Source: an uncultured Flavobacteriales bacterium (GTDB lineage Bacteria; Bacteroidota; Bacteroidia; Flavobacteriales; BACL11). Taken from it: a stretch of 64,000 nt of DNA. The stretch covers positions 741 through 64,740 of the forward strand of contig CAJQIZ010000014.1 of the NCBI GenBank assembly GCA_905478555.1, given 5' to 3'. The notes beneath the pieces were generated by a model. The model saw only the letters and a list, made by a program, of their open reading frames with translations, did not search any database and was not told the DNA's origin. Of the stretch, positions 8,878 through 19,700 are shown one piece after another. The position numbers were made by a program, and so were the translations under genes. Every line of letters starts with the position of its first letter. Positions within the stretch are counted from its first letter, which is position 1.

Positions 8878-8881
8878 AAGA

Positions 8882-9493
8882 ATGAAAATTATTTGTATCG
8901 GTAGAAATTATGTAAATCATGCAAAAGAATTAGGGAATGAGATTCCTACAGAGCCATTATTCTTTTTAAAACCAGATACAGCTATTCAACCAAAAGGACA
9001 TCCATTTTTTATTCCTGACTTTTCCGACAACATTCATTTTGAAGTAGAATTAGTAGTCAAAATTGACAAAATAGGGAAACATATTGAGGAATGCTTTGCT
9101 CACAAATATTACTCTAAAATAGGATTAGGAATTGATTTCACTGCCAGAGATATTCAAGAACAGTGCAAAGCAGAAGGACTACCTTGGGAAAAAGCAAAAG
9201 GATTTGATGGATCGGCACAAATAAGTAGAACTTTTATTGATAAATCAGAGTTAGATTTAAATAATATTTCTTTTAGATTAGAGAAAAATGGAGAGGAAGT
9301 TCAAAAAGGAAATAGCTCTGAAATGCTATTTAATTTTGATAAAATTATTACCTACATTTCAAAATTCTATACCTTAAAAATTGGTGACTTAATTTATACC
9401 GGAACTCCGGCAGGAGTTGCTAAAGTTATTGCAGGAGAAACTCTAAAAGGTTTTATTGCAGATAAAGAAATGTTTAAGGTTGTAGTGAAGTAA
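8882..9493 (+). CDS. Fumarylacetoacetate hydrolase (FAH) family protein
   Basis: MKIICIGRNYVNHAKELG..., FLKP, EVELVVKI, DFTARD, GDLIYTGTPAGV are typical FAH-family motifs. Start set at ATG 8882, in frame with the track ORF and avoiding overlap with the exonuclease gene. Confidence 0.8.
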   Translation: MKIICIGRNYVNHAKELGNEIPTEPLFFLKPDTAIQPKGHPFFIPDFSDNIHFEVELVVKIDKIGKHIEECFAHKYYSKIGLGIDFTARDIQEQCKAEGLPWEKAKGFDGSAQISRTFIDKSELDLNNISFRLEKNGEEVQKGNSSEMLFNFDKIITYISKFYTLKIGDLIYTGTPAGVAKVIAGETLKGFIADKEMFKVVVK

Positions 9494-10051
9494 TTATCTT
9501 CTAGGAAACTTCATTCTATAACCTACTTGTATATTTCCTTTTGAGATATTTTCTAACTTTCTCTTAATCATTCTCTTTCTCAGTGGAGAAATATAATCTA
9601 TAAAAAGTTTCCCTTCAATATGGTCGTATTCATGTTGTATAACGCGAGCAGTTAATCCATCAAAAACATCTGTATACCAATCAAAATTTTCGTCTTGGTA
9701 TTTTATAGTAATATTAGGGTTTCTTTTAATATCCTCTCTCACATCTGGTATAGAAAGACATCCCTCATTAAAAATCCATTCTTCTCCGTCTTCTTCTATA
9801 ATTTCAGCATTAATAAATACCTTTTTAATAGCATCTCCTTCTTCCTCCTCTTCTATAAAAGGTGCAGTATCAATCAGAAAAACACGAATAGCTTTATTTA
9901 TTTGAGGGGCAGCAAGTCCTACTCCATTCGACTCGTACATAGTTTCCCACATATTTTTTAAAAGCACATCTAATTCGGGATATTCTGGAGTAATTTCCTC
10001 ACATTTTTTTCTTAAAACAGGAAATCCGAATGCAACAATAGGTAAAATCAT
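9494..10051 (-). CDS. def: Peptide deformylase
   Basis: GVGLAAPQ, EGCLSIP and HEYDHIEG motifs. Confidence 0.95.
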   Translation of the reverse strand: MILPIVAFGFPVLRKKCEEITPEYPELDVLLKNMWETMYESNGVGLAAPQINKAIRVFLIDTAPFIEEEEEGDAIKKVFINAEIIEEDGEEWIFNEGCLSIPDVREDIKRNPNITIKYQDENFDWYTDVFDGLTARVIQHEYDHIEGKLFIDYISPLRKRMIKRKLENISKGNIQVGYRMKFPRR

Positions 10052-11029
10052 TTACAGTAAATTTTCAATTATATCATCAATACTTATTCCTTCTGCTTCT
10101 GCTTTATAATTTTTCACTAATCGGTGTCGTAAAATTGGTTTTGCAATTGCTTTTACATTTTCAATATCAGGAGAGTATTTTCCATTTATAGCAGCATGAC
10201 ATTTAGCAGCAAGCAACATAAACTGAGAAGCTCTAGGTCCTGCACCCCATTCAATATATTGCTTCATATCATGATTAGAATGATGAGAAGATGGTCTTGT
10301 TTTACTAACTAGAGTTACTACATATTCCAACACATTATCTGCAACGGGTATTTTTCTGATTAATTCCTGAAATTTTAAAATATCTTCCGAATTCATAATA
10401 GTATTTAAAGATTTAGAATTTCCAGAATTAGTTTGTTTTACTATTTGTAATTCTTCCTCATATTTCGGATAATCTAATATAACATTAAACATAAATCTGT
10501 CTAATTGTGCCTCTGGTAAAGGGTAAGTCCCTTCTTGTTCAATAGGATTTTGAGTAGCAAGTACAAAAAATGGTATATCTAATTTATAGGTACTCCCCGA
10601 ATTAGTAACCGATTTTTCTTGCATGGCTTCCAAAAGTGCCGATTGTGTTTTTGGTGGAGTTCTATTTATCTCATCTGCTAAAATAATGTTAGAAAAAACG
10701 GGTCCTTTTATAAACTTAAAATTTCTATTCTCATCTAGTATTTCAGCACCTACAATATCAGAAGGCATCAAATCGGGAGTAAACTGGATACGATTAAAAC
10801 TCATACCTAAGGCATCTGATATAGTTTGCACTAAAAGTGTTTTTGCAAGTCCTGGCACACCAACTAACAAACAGTGTCCGTTACAAAAAATAGAAATTAA
10901 AACCTCCTTTATTACCTCATCCTGACCAACAATTACTTTCGATATTTCTTTTCTGAACAGATTGTATTGAACAACAAATTCATCTAGTAATTGTACATCT
11001 GTATTATCACTCATAATTATTTTTTCCAC
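10052..11029 (-). CDS. MoxR-like AAA+ ATPase
   Basis: Walker A GVPGLAKT, Walker B ILADEINR, C-terminal AAA lid. An alternative start at Met6 (11014) would remove the overlap with the upstream gene. Confidence 0.85.
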   Translation of the reverse strand: MEKIIMSDNTDVQLLDEFVVQYNLFRKEISKVIVGQDEVIKEVLISIFCNGHCLLVGVPGLAKTLLVQTISDALGMSFNRIQFTPDLMPSDIVGAEILDENRNFKFIKGPVFSNIILADEINRTPPKTQSALLEAMQEKSVTNSGSTYKLDIPFFVLATQNPIEQEGTYPLPEAQLDRFMFNVILDYPKYEEELQIVKQTNSGNSKSLNTIMNSEDILKFQELIRKIPVADNVLEYVVTLVSKTRPSSHHSNHDMKQYIEWGAGPRASQFMLLAAKCHAAINGKYSPDIENVKAIAKPILRHRLVKNYKAEAEGISIDDIIENLL

Positions 11030-12348
11030 TTTTTAAGAACATCACAATCCCCTAATTCACTTTCTAATCGTATGTAAGTAATTTTAATTTTACCATTTAC
11101 CCAATCATTTATTTCTAATTGTTTTTTAGAGTTTAAAGCGGCATCATTAATTTGAGTAAAATCATCTACCAAATTAGCGATATGTTCTTTTGTTTTTTTA
11201 GTAATTTTAACAATTCTGTATGCCTTTTTTCCATCCTGCATTATAAACTGTGAAATAGAAGAAACCTCTCCTTGCTTCATTCTTTCAGCAACATAACGAA
11301 TATCTAAAGGTAATTGATCTACAGTAAATAAGGATGCTCCAGATTGAGGATTAATTAACAAACCACCATTATTCTTACTTATATCATCCGAATGATTTTT
11401 TGCAGCATCTTCAAATGTAAGCTTATTAGTATTCACTAAATCTTCTACCTTTTTCAACTGATTTTTAGCTTCTAATAAAGAAGCAGAAGAAACTTTTGGC
11501 TTCATAAGTATATGACGAACATTTACGGTCTCCCCTCTCCTTTCAATAAGTTGAATAATATGATAACCAAATTTTGTTTCAATCACTTCCGAAATTTCAT
11601 CCCCTCTTAAAGCAAAAGCAGCAGATTCAAATTCTGGAACTAAATCCCCTCTATTTACAAATCCTAATTCTCCTCCATTTTTTGCTGACTCTGTATCATC
11701 AGAATATAAAGTGGATAATACTTGAAAATCTTCTCCACCTTTAATTCTATCTCTAAAAGAAATTAATTTCTTTCTAATTCTTGATTTCTCGTCAGAACTG
11801 ATTACAGGTATTTTTACAATTTGAGAAATTTGAATGGTAGTTGGCATTGTTGGTAACTGATCTACTTTTTCTATTTCAGAATAGAACAAATTAACTTCTG
11901 CAGGAGTGATTTTTACATTAGCGGTAATAGCAGATTGCATTCTCTGACTCAATAACTGATTGTAAATAATATCATAAAATTCAGTTTTAATATCTAAAAT
12001 ACTTTTTCCATAATATTCTTCCAAAGCTTGTTCTGACCCTAATTGAGAAACAAAACTTCCTAATCTTCTGTCTAACTCTTTGTTTACCTCATCTTCTCCT
12101 ACATCTGTACTGTCTACCTTTGCCTGATGAACTAATAATTTCTGATACAATACATCTTCAAAAATCTGACATCTAACATCATCTGTTTCTGTATTTCCAC
12201 TTGCTAAATATTGTAAGTATTGTGTTTCTATATCTGACATCAATACTACTTCATCTCCAACAACTGCAACTATTTTATCAATTATTTGTGAACTAGCCGT
12301 CAAAGTGATGAAGCAAAATGTTATGGAAAAAATTATTTTTCTATTCAT
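11017..12348 (-). CDS. SurA-like periplasmic chaperone / PpiC-type peptidyl-prolyl isomerase
   Basis: Signal peptide, SurA N-terminal-like region, parvulin motifs (GGELGFVNRGDLVPEFE, KFGYHIIQL). Confidence 0.8.
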   Translation of the reverse strand: MNRKIIFSITFCFITLTASSQIIDKIVAVVGDEVVLMSDIETQYLQYLASGNTETDDVRCQIFEDVLYQKLLVHQAKVDSTDVGEDEVNKELDRRLGSFVSQLGSEQALEEYYGKSILDIKTEFYDIIYNQLLSQRMQSAITANVKITPAEVNLFYSEIEKVDQLPTMPTTIQISQIVKIPVISSDEKSRIRKKLISFRDRIKGGEDFQVLSTLYSDDTESAKNGGELGFVNRGDLVPEFESAAFALRGDEISEVIETKFGYHIIQLIERRGETVNVRHILMKPKVSSASLLEAKNQLKKVEDLVNTNKLTFEDAAKNHSDDISKNNGGLLINPQSGASLFTVDQLPLDIRYVAERMKQGEVSSISQFIMQDGKKAYRIVKITKKTKEHIANLVDDFTQINDAALNSKKQLEINDWVNGKIKITYIRLESELGDCDVLKKWKK

Positions 12349-12350
12349 TA

Positions 12351-13184
12351 TTAGTATATTTTAATATCTCCTGATGAAATTGATTTTTGATACAATTTAT
12401 CCTCAATATCATTTATAAATTTTATTTTATTTTTATTTTGAAGCAAAGACCTTATGTTATTAAACACAAAGGGTAACGGACTATTAGATCCTTTTATTTG
12501 ATAATCTTTTACAAATAAGATGTAAACAAAGTTATCATCTATAAAAGTATGAGTTTTATTGGTTCTACTTAGTATCTTATTAGATTCTCTTTCAGAGAAT
12601 GGCAATTTATAAGAAAAATCTGAACAATAAACCCAAGCAGAATCATTCAGAAAGTAATTTACAGCATACATTTCACAGATATCTGTTAACTCATTTAAAT
12701 TCTTATTTGTCTGTGCACTTATTAAGCTCTCTATTTTCACCTTAATTAAAGCATCTTTATCTAACACTATTAATCTTGCTTTAATAATATCTTTATGCAA
12801 AATAAAATTAGTTATATATTCCTTATAATAACTCTTAATATCTGCTTTATTTACTGTTGTATCAAACTGATTATCTATCAATTCTTTCTGATATCTGTAA
12901 ATTAATAAATTGTTTTTATATTTCTCTACAGACTCTAGTAAACTTACTTCCTGTTCATCAATATAAAGTTTAGCTTTATTTACTACCACTTTATCTCTCA
13001 GCCATTTGTTTATATATTCCGAAACATAAGATGCGGAGTCTGACACATTGTCTGGCATCTCCAACAATACTTTTTCAATTGTTAAATAATCCTCTTTGTA
13101 TGATGCTAAATATATTTCTTCTTGATCTGTACTGCAAGAAAGAAAAATACTGAAAATTAATAAATATGAAAGAGATTTCTTCAA
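12351..13184 (-). CDS. Hypothetical lipoprotein in the PPIase operon
   Basis: A TTG at 13184, one nt after the upstream stop, gives the canonical lipoprotein signal MKKSLSYLLIFSIFLSCS. The track start at 13217 would overlap the upstream gene by 32 nt. No recognisable catalytic motifs. Confidence 0.55.
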   Translation of the reverse strand: MKKSLSYLLIFSIFLSCSTDQEEIYLASYKEDYLTIEKVLLEMPDNVSDSASYVSEYINKWLRDKVVVNKAKLYIDEQEVSLLESVEKYKNNLLIYRYQKELIDNQFDTTVNKADIKSYYKEYITNFILHKDIIKARLIVLDKDALIKVKIESLISAQTNKNLNELTDICEMYAVNYFLNDSAWVYCSDFSYKLPFSERESNKILSRTNKTHTFIDDNFVYILFVKDYQIKGSNSPLPFVFNNIRSLLQNKNKIKFINDIEDKLYQKSISSGDIKIY

Positions 13185-13185
13185 A

Positions 13186-15126
13186 TTATTTAATAATAGA
13201 ATATAATACTTTAGCATCTATAGTTACTGGATATTTAAGTCTCAATTCTGACAACCAATTCTCTTCTAAATAGTTTTGATAATCAGAAATAACTTTTCCT
13301 CTTGTATCTTTTAATTCTTTTGCTTGTTTATCTAAAACAGATAAAATCTCTACAACAATTACTGATTCCGATTCAGTAGATAATTCGTAATTTCCTTTTT
13401 TCCACTCTACCTGATCTACAAACTTATTATCTCCATTTCTGTATTTTGAAACCGTATGTTGTAAGTTTAAAGGAGAGTTGTTATTTATATCTTCCATAAT
13501 TTCCTCAACCGTAATAAAACCCTTACTTTTTCTCCATAGTTGTCTTTTTAATTTCGAAGCAATTTTCTGATTTGCACAAGTATAAATATTAGCTTCTACT
13601 CTTTGTTCCCACCAATAATTATCCGAGTTGTTTTCAAAATAAATTTTCAAACCTAATGTATCTTGTATTGATTTTGTCCAAACCATTTCACTTGTTAAAT
13701 CAAAAAGAAGAATACCATCTCTAAACTCATTCAACAATCTTTTATATTCTGGCTCTTCTTCCTCTAATTTACTTTCTTTATAAATTAAACAACTAAAATC
13801 TACAAAACGACTATACATCATGTCAAAATCTAAATCTACATCTTGGTACTCTAAAATAAATTCTTTAAAATCAGCTTGAGAGTATGCAATACCATCAATA
13901 GTAAATAACTCTCTACTATCGAAACTAGATGTTAAAAGATCTTCTTTAGTTAGAGACCCTTTTATTAGTTTCTCTAGATTTATTGATTTCTTTATCAAAT
14001 TTTTTCTTGAAGAAATATATTTATTCTCTGTAAAACTATAGTCAATTTTTAACTTCTTTAAAAGAGCTAACTCAGTAAGTAAATTTCTAGCACCCTTATC
14101 TATTCTTGTTTTAATTTGTTCTTTTTCATCTATAAGAGTCCCAACAACCTTTCTATCGTTTAAAATTACAATATGCCAACCATATTCTGTAATAAATGGA
14201 GCAGTAAAATCACCAATTTTTTCAATAGAAAAAGAAGCATTTTCAAACTCCTTCGCCATTTTATTTAAACCAAACCAAGGTAAAGCACCCCCTTTTACAG
14301 CAGTAGACCTATCTTCCGAAAATCTATCTGCTAAATCCGCAAAGTCTTCTCCTAATTGAAGTTTATTATAAACCTCATCTACTTTTAATTTTATTTTTGT
14401 TTTTTCTTCATCAGTAATTCCCTTTGAAAACTTAAACATAATATGAGAGACCTTTACCTCACCTACAGATAATCTTTTATTATTTACTTTTACTAAATGA
14501 TACCCATATTTAGTTCTCACAATATCTGAAAGTGAACCAACCTCTGTAGTGAATGCTGCTGTTTCAAAATTATAAACCATTGCAAATGCAGTAAACCAAC
14601 CTAAATTTCCATTATTATAATTCTCTTCAGAATATTTAGTAACAGCATTCTCAAAAGTAATACTTCCAGCCTCTATTTCTGTCTTTGCTTTTAGTGCTAA
14701 ATTATATTTATTTAAAGTATCAGATGGATTAGATTTTTCATCTAATCGGAATAAAATATGAGATGCATTTACATCAAACTTCATTCTATTATAAGCCTCT
14801 AATATAAGTCCCTCTTTAAACTCCTTTGCTTGTAAGTATGGTTTTGCTAATTGTTTTCTATATACTTCTAACTCAGAGATAAAATCTTCTTCTTTATCTA
14901 AACCTAACTCTTTTGCTTGAAGTACTTTTAGTTTGTAATTCACAAACAAATCAACATAGTTGTCTAAATATTCTTTATTGATTTCTTTGTCGTTATTGTT
15001 CTTCATCAGAGTACTTTCAAACTCCTCTAAAGAAACAGACTCTCCTGATACATTCATTAACTCCTGAGATTTAAGACTATTAGAGGAAATTAGAATTACT
15101 AATACTAGAAATATATTTTTAATCAT
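13186..15126 (-). CDS. PpiC-type peptidyl-prolyl cis-trans isomerase, large periplasmic chaperone-like protein
   Basis: Signal peptide and two parvulin-like segments (NLGWFTAFAMVYNFE..KYGYHLVKV; GGALPWFGLNKMAKEFE..EYGWHIVIL). Confidence 0.8.
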   Translation of the reverse strand: MIKNIFLVLVILISSNSLKSQELMNVSGESVSLEEFESTLMKNNNDKEINKEYLDNYVDLFVNYKLKVLQAKELGLDKEEDFISELEVYRKQLAKPYLQAKEFKEGLILEAYNRMKFDVNASHILFRLDEKSNPSDTLNKYNLALKAKTEIEAGSITFENAVTKYSEENYNNGNLGWFTAFAMVYNFETAAFTTEVGSLSDIVRTKYGYHLVKVNNKRLSVGEVKVSHIMFKFSKGITDEEKTKIKLKVDEVYNKLQLGEDFADLADRFSEDRSTAVKGGALPWFGLNKMAKEFENASFSIEKIGDFTAPFITEYGWHIVILNDRKVVGTLIDEKEQIKTRIDKGARNLLTELALLKKLKIDYSFTENKYISSRKNLIKKSINLEKLIKGSLTKEDLLTSSFDSRELFTIDGIAYSQADFKEFILEYQDVDLDFDMMYSRFVDFSCLIYKESKLEEEEPEYKRLLNEFRDGILLFDLTSEMVWTKSIQDTLGLKIYFENNSDNYWWEQRVEANIYTCANQKIASKLKRQLWRKSKGFITVEEIMEDINNNSPLNLQHTVSKYRNGDNKFVDQVEWKKGNYELSTESESVIVVEILSVLDKQAKELKDTRGKVISDYQNYLEENWLSELRLKYPVTIDAKVLYSIIK

Positions 15127-15130
15127 TATT

Positions 15131-15154
15131 TTTATTTATTTATTTATTTATTTA
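15131..15154. repeat. (TTTA)6 tetranucleotide microsatellite filling the guaB-PPIase intergenic spacer
   Basis: Six perfect ttta units at 15131-15154, between the guaB stop (15158-15160) and the PPIase start (15126). Confidence 0.95.
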
Positions 15155-15157
15155 TTT

Positions 15158-16621
15158 TTATCTACTATAATTAGGTGCTTCTCTAGTGATAGTTACATTA
15201 TGAGGATGACTTTCTGCCATACCTGAAGAAGTTATTTTTACAAATTTTGCTAAAAGCAAACTATTAATATTTTCAGATCCGCAATAGCCCATTCCGGATT
15301 TTAAACCTCCGATAATTTGGTGAGCTACTTCTGAAAGAGTTCCTTTATAAGCTACTCTACCTACAATTCCTTCAGGAACTAATTTTTTAGAATCACTTTC
15401 TCCTGATTGAAAATATCTGTCTTTCGATCCTTTTTGCATGGCTTCAATAGATCCCATTCCTCTGTAAGTTTTAAACTTTCTTCCTTCAAAAATAATAGTA
15501 TCACCAGGAGCTTCTTCTACACCTGCCAATACCGAACCTAACATTACACAACTAGCACCAGCAACTAAAGCTTTTACTACATCTCCAGAATACCTAATTC
15601 CACCATCTGCAATTAAAGGAATATTATTTTTACTACAAACTGCAAATACATTCATAACTGCAGTAAGCTGAGGAACACCAATTCCTGCTACAATTCTAGT
15701 TGTGCAAATAGAACCAGGACCAATACCTACTTTTACAGCATCTGCTCCAGCATCAATTAACATTTGTGCAGCTTCTCCTGTAGCTATATTACCAACAACT
15801 ACATCTATATTGGTAAACTTGGCTTTTACTTTCATTAATATATCTATCACTCCTTTAGAATGACCATGAGCAGTGTCGATAATAACAGCATCAACAGAAG
15901 CATTTGCTAATGCTTTTACTCTATCCATTACATCTCCTGTAACTCCAACTGCAGCAGCAACTCTCAATCTACCAAACTTATCTTTACAAGCGTTCGGTCT
16001 CATTCTGTTTTTTATAATGTCCTTAAAAGTAATTAAACCTACTAACTTGTTTTCAGAATTAATTACTGGTAATTTCTCAATTTTATTTTGTTGAAGAATT
16101 TTCTCTGCATTTTCTAAATCTGGAAGTTCTGTAGTAACGATTCCTTCTGAAGTCATAACATCTAACACAGACTGAGACATATCTTTTTCGAACCTTAAGT
16201 CTCTATTAGTTAAAATACCAACTAATTTTTCGTTAGAATCTACTACAGGAATACCTCCAATTTTATTTTCTCTCATTATTAAAAGAGCATCTCCAATATT
16301 TGCATCTTTACCTAAAGTAATAGGATCTAAAATCATTCCACTTTCTGAACGTTTTACTTTTCTCACTTCTAGTGCCTGACTTTCAATAGACATGTTTTTA
16401 TGTAAAACTCCAATACCACCTTCTTGTGCTATTGCAATAGCCATATCCGATTCTGTAACGGTATCCATTGCTGCAGAAACTAAAGGAATATTTAACTCAA
16501 TATTTTTAGAAAAACGACTCTTAGTCTCTACTTTATGAGGAAGTATTTCTGAATATTGAGGAATAATAAGTACATCATCAAATGTAAGTCCATCCTCAAT
16601 TATTTTGTTATTATTTTCCAT
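15158..16621 (-). CDS. guaB: IMP dehydrogenase
   Basis: [21 protein letters not shown] start, tandem CBS domains, catalytic [11 protein letters not shown]. Start set to ATG 16621 (Met24 of the track ORF) because the upstream extension is not GuaB-like and covers the promoter box. Confidence 0.95.
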   Translation of the reverse strand: MENNNKIIEDGLTFDDVLIIPQYSEILPHKVETKSRFSKNIELNIPLVSAAMDTVTESDMAIAIAQEGGIGVLHKNMSIESQALEVRKVKRSESGMILDPITLGKDANIGDALLIMRENKIGGIPVVDSNEKLVGILTNRDLRFEKDMSQSVLDVMTSEGIVTTELPDLENAEKILQQNKIEKLPVINSENKLVGLITFKDIIKNRMRPNACKDKFGRLRVAAAVGVTGDVMDRVKALANASVDAVIIDTAHGHSKGVIDILMKVKAKFTNIDVVVGNIATGEAAQMLIDAGADAVKVGIGPGSICTTRIVAGIGVPQLTAVMNVFAVCSKNNIPLIADGGIRYSGDVVKALVAGASCVMLGSVLAGVEEAPGDTIIFEGRKFKTYRGMGSIEAMQKGSKDRYFQSGESDSKKLVPEGIVGRVAYKGTLSEVAHQIIGGLKSGMGYCGSENINSLLLAKFVKITSSGMAESHPHNVTITREAPNYSR

Positions 16622-16645
16622 AATTTTAGTTTTAAAAATTGTCTG

Positions 16646-16653
16646 CAAAAATA
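16646..16653 (-). promoter_or_regulatory. -7 box TATTTTTG (minus strand) for guaB
   Basis: caaaaata on the plus strand is TATTTTTG on the minus strand, 24 nt upstream of ATG 16621. Confidence 0.45.
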
Positions 16654-16673
16654 CTAATTTTATGCTTACACAG

Positions 16674-16701
16674 TATAAAAAAAGTCCCAAAAAGGGACTT
16701 T
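16674..16701 (-). terminator. Rho-independent terminator after the 1134-aa T9SS gene
   Basis: On the minus strand: AAAGTCCC-TTTTT-GGGACTTT followed by TTTTATAC. 8-bp stem. Confidence 0.7.
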
Positions 16702-16723
16702 AAAAAAATGTAATCTTTTTAAC

Positions 16724-19700
16724 TTATCTTACCAACGAAACTACATCTGTTTTTTCTGTAATTTCACCTACTCCATTTATATATTTTACATGATAAACAT
16801 AGTTATCAACCTGAGCTGGTTTCCCTTTATATATTCCATCCCACCCTTTTGAGGGCTGATTAGTAGTAAATATCTCTTCACCTGAACTACTGTAAATTGA
16901 AAACGAATACCCAACATCAGAAACAAATGCAGTAATTGGTTTGAACAACTCATTATGTTCATCATCATTTGGAGTAAAGGTATTTGGAACGAATAATTTA
17001 GGAGTCTGTGAAACACAAACTATATTTGATAAACTTCTTTCCGAAAAACCAAAATCATTTGAACCACCCTCTACCGCTTCAATGTAATAACAAAACCTAC
17101 CATTACCATCAAAAAATTCCGATACTAAATCTATAAAAATAAGAGAATCTCCAGGATAAAAAGTGTGAATTGGAATTAATACAAACGGTTCTCTATTTAC
17201 CGAACGATATAAGTTATAATGAGAGACATCACCCAACCAATCTATATAATTATTAAAGTAAACAGTATTCGTATAATCTTCTGGATAAATTAAATTTGCA
17301 TAAGCAGTATTTATTTCTGCTTCACATAAAATAGTTTGAGACAAAGAGGTGTCAATCACCCATAAAGGTACAATTGGAGAAGAAACTCTTCTACCACAAG
17401 TGTCTATAGGAAATACATGATATTGATAAAAATGATCTTTTGTTTCTACTCCCTCATCATGATAATAAATCATATCTCCACTATTAGGAAAGAGAACTGT
17501 ACCTACAGTTTGAAAATTTTCTGCTTCTCTTTCTGATCTATCAATTTCATATTTTAAAACAATAGCAGTATTATCAATATAACAAGAGATATCAACCGCT
17601 CCATCTTCATGATCAACTGAAGTAGTAGTTATGTAATTAAAATCCGGTTTTTTAGGAAGATCAGCTAAGAAAGAAATTTGATCGGAAACAGCTATATATG
17701 TAGAATCTGAATTATATGCCATTATCACAATTTCATAAGTACAAGAATGAATAATGTTTTCCAACAGAAATTCTGTTGTAGAGGAATTCAACCTAATAGA
17801 ATTTCTAGGATCAATACCACAGGTAGTTTCATTTATAATTATATTATAATGATCTGTACCTCCACTCCAATTTATATAATCGTTCCAATTCATTGAAATA
17901 GTATGATCACAAGCATGAAGTTCCGCCTCTAAATTAATGGAATTATGTTCTACACTAGTTACTGAAGCGTTTCCGCAACTATCTAAAGCTCTAATCTGAA
18001 ATAATTCTGAAACATTAGAAGCATCAGAATTTAAATCTAGATAAGTAGTATTATTCACACCAAATACAGAATCAATAGTTACCCAAACACCAAATTCATC
18101 TTGCTTGTAAACTGCATAAAAGTCAGCACCTGATGATGAAGTCCAACTAATAACCGACTTACCACTTAAATCTACAGAAACATCTGTAATAATAGGAGTA
18201 ACAGGAGTTATTGTGTCTAATAAATTAGTTACACCAATATTTGATATTGACTTACAACCACTTGCATCTACTATTTCAACATAAAATTCTGGATAGTAAT
18301 CACAGAATTCAGCCTCATGTAAATGATACACATTTTGTGTAGTAAGTATATTTAAAAATGCAGTATTAGGGTTCTTTAAAAATAACTCATAATCTAAAGA
18401 AGAAGAAATTAACATTGGTTCATGAATTGCATTCCAATTTAAATCTGCTCTAATCCCTAAATCAATAGGATTTACATCCATATAAATACTTGCTAATGTA
18501 TCTGAGTTTAATTCTCCAGCAGTAATTCCACAACCTTCCTCAGTAGAAAGGTAATAATATTGAGATTGACCATTCGCTCCGGCATCAGTATGTGTAAATA
18601 TAGTTTCAGGATGAAAAACACTATCCAACAAAATAAATGGCCCATTAGGGTTGGTAGAATGCCATACCATATATGGTTCGGCAGTTGGAGGAGCCCCATC
18701 TACATATTTCCAAGTAAGAACTACACTTCCATCCTCAAGAACTTCAGTACATCTTAAATCGGGAATTGGAGGAACAACTGTAATTTTAATAGTAGCAATA
18801 CTAATACCATTTGCCGGACAAAAATCATCATACGCTTTTATAAGAAATGTAAATACATTGGAAGTAGTATTACAACCCACATCTGCAGTCATATGAGAAC
18901 AATCTGTCTGCCACTCGAACACACCAGAAACAATACCCGGAGCTGAAAATGGAGGAATAACACCATTTCCATTATTAAATGTAGCACAAGGAGGATTAGA
19001 ACAATTTGTTGTAGTAACATAATCAGAAGCAAACTGACCACCTGAAGCGTCTAATGTTATATCTTGAAATTGTCCACCAGCATAAGTATCATTATCTTCA
19101 GAAGTAATATTAAACTGAACTAACTGGCCAGCATAAACTGTAGTTTCGTAAGTAGGCAAACCATTAGGATCTATAAAAGCTTCCGTAATTGTTGGAGGAT
19201 CGTTAAATCCATCCTGAGGCTGGTTATAAGTACCACAATCTACTAAAACTACCTGTACTTCTCTATATATTTCCGCTACTAGCTGCCCACATTTCCGAGC
19301 TTCCACTTTTACACAAGTTACAAAAATCCCAGAAGTATTTGACAAATAAGTTATCTTACCAGAAACTGGATCTAATGTGGGGCTACCAGGCATTGGTGAG
19401 TTGACAGAATAGGGAGCAGAAAAAATTAATGCGGTAGCATTAGGGTTGGCTGGATCATACCCAAAAGCATCACCTAAAGGCTCCCCCCAAAGGTAAGTTA
19501 TTTCATCTAACTCTACATCAGAAGCATTATGAGAATAAGAAAATTCATATCCTGTACATATAATTGTTTTAGCTTGCTCATCAAATTTTGGAGAAGAATC
19601 AAAACAAGGATCTGCAGGAATTGCATTTCCATTAATATCTGTGTAAGGATACATTACTGCTCTTAAAGTCCAACTATCATCTGCCATACCATTATTAATA

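Noticed and set aside
10052-11029. MoxR ATPase as the seed of a Bat/aerotolerance or VWA-partner system
   Set aside because: No DUF58 or VWA genes flank it. It is embedded in a PPIase-def operon, so there is nothing beyond a lone housekeeping-type MoxR.
15158-16690. 23-aa N-terminal extension of guaB, and similar extensions of rlmH (52391), nadC (52331), purA (26740), the FAH gene (8837) and the exonuclease gene (8065)
   Set aside because: The extensions are hydrophobic or low-complexity, overlap neighbouring genes, promoter boxes or terminators, and internal Met residues give canonical family N-termini.
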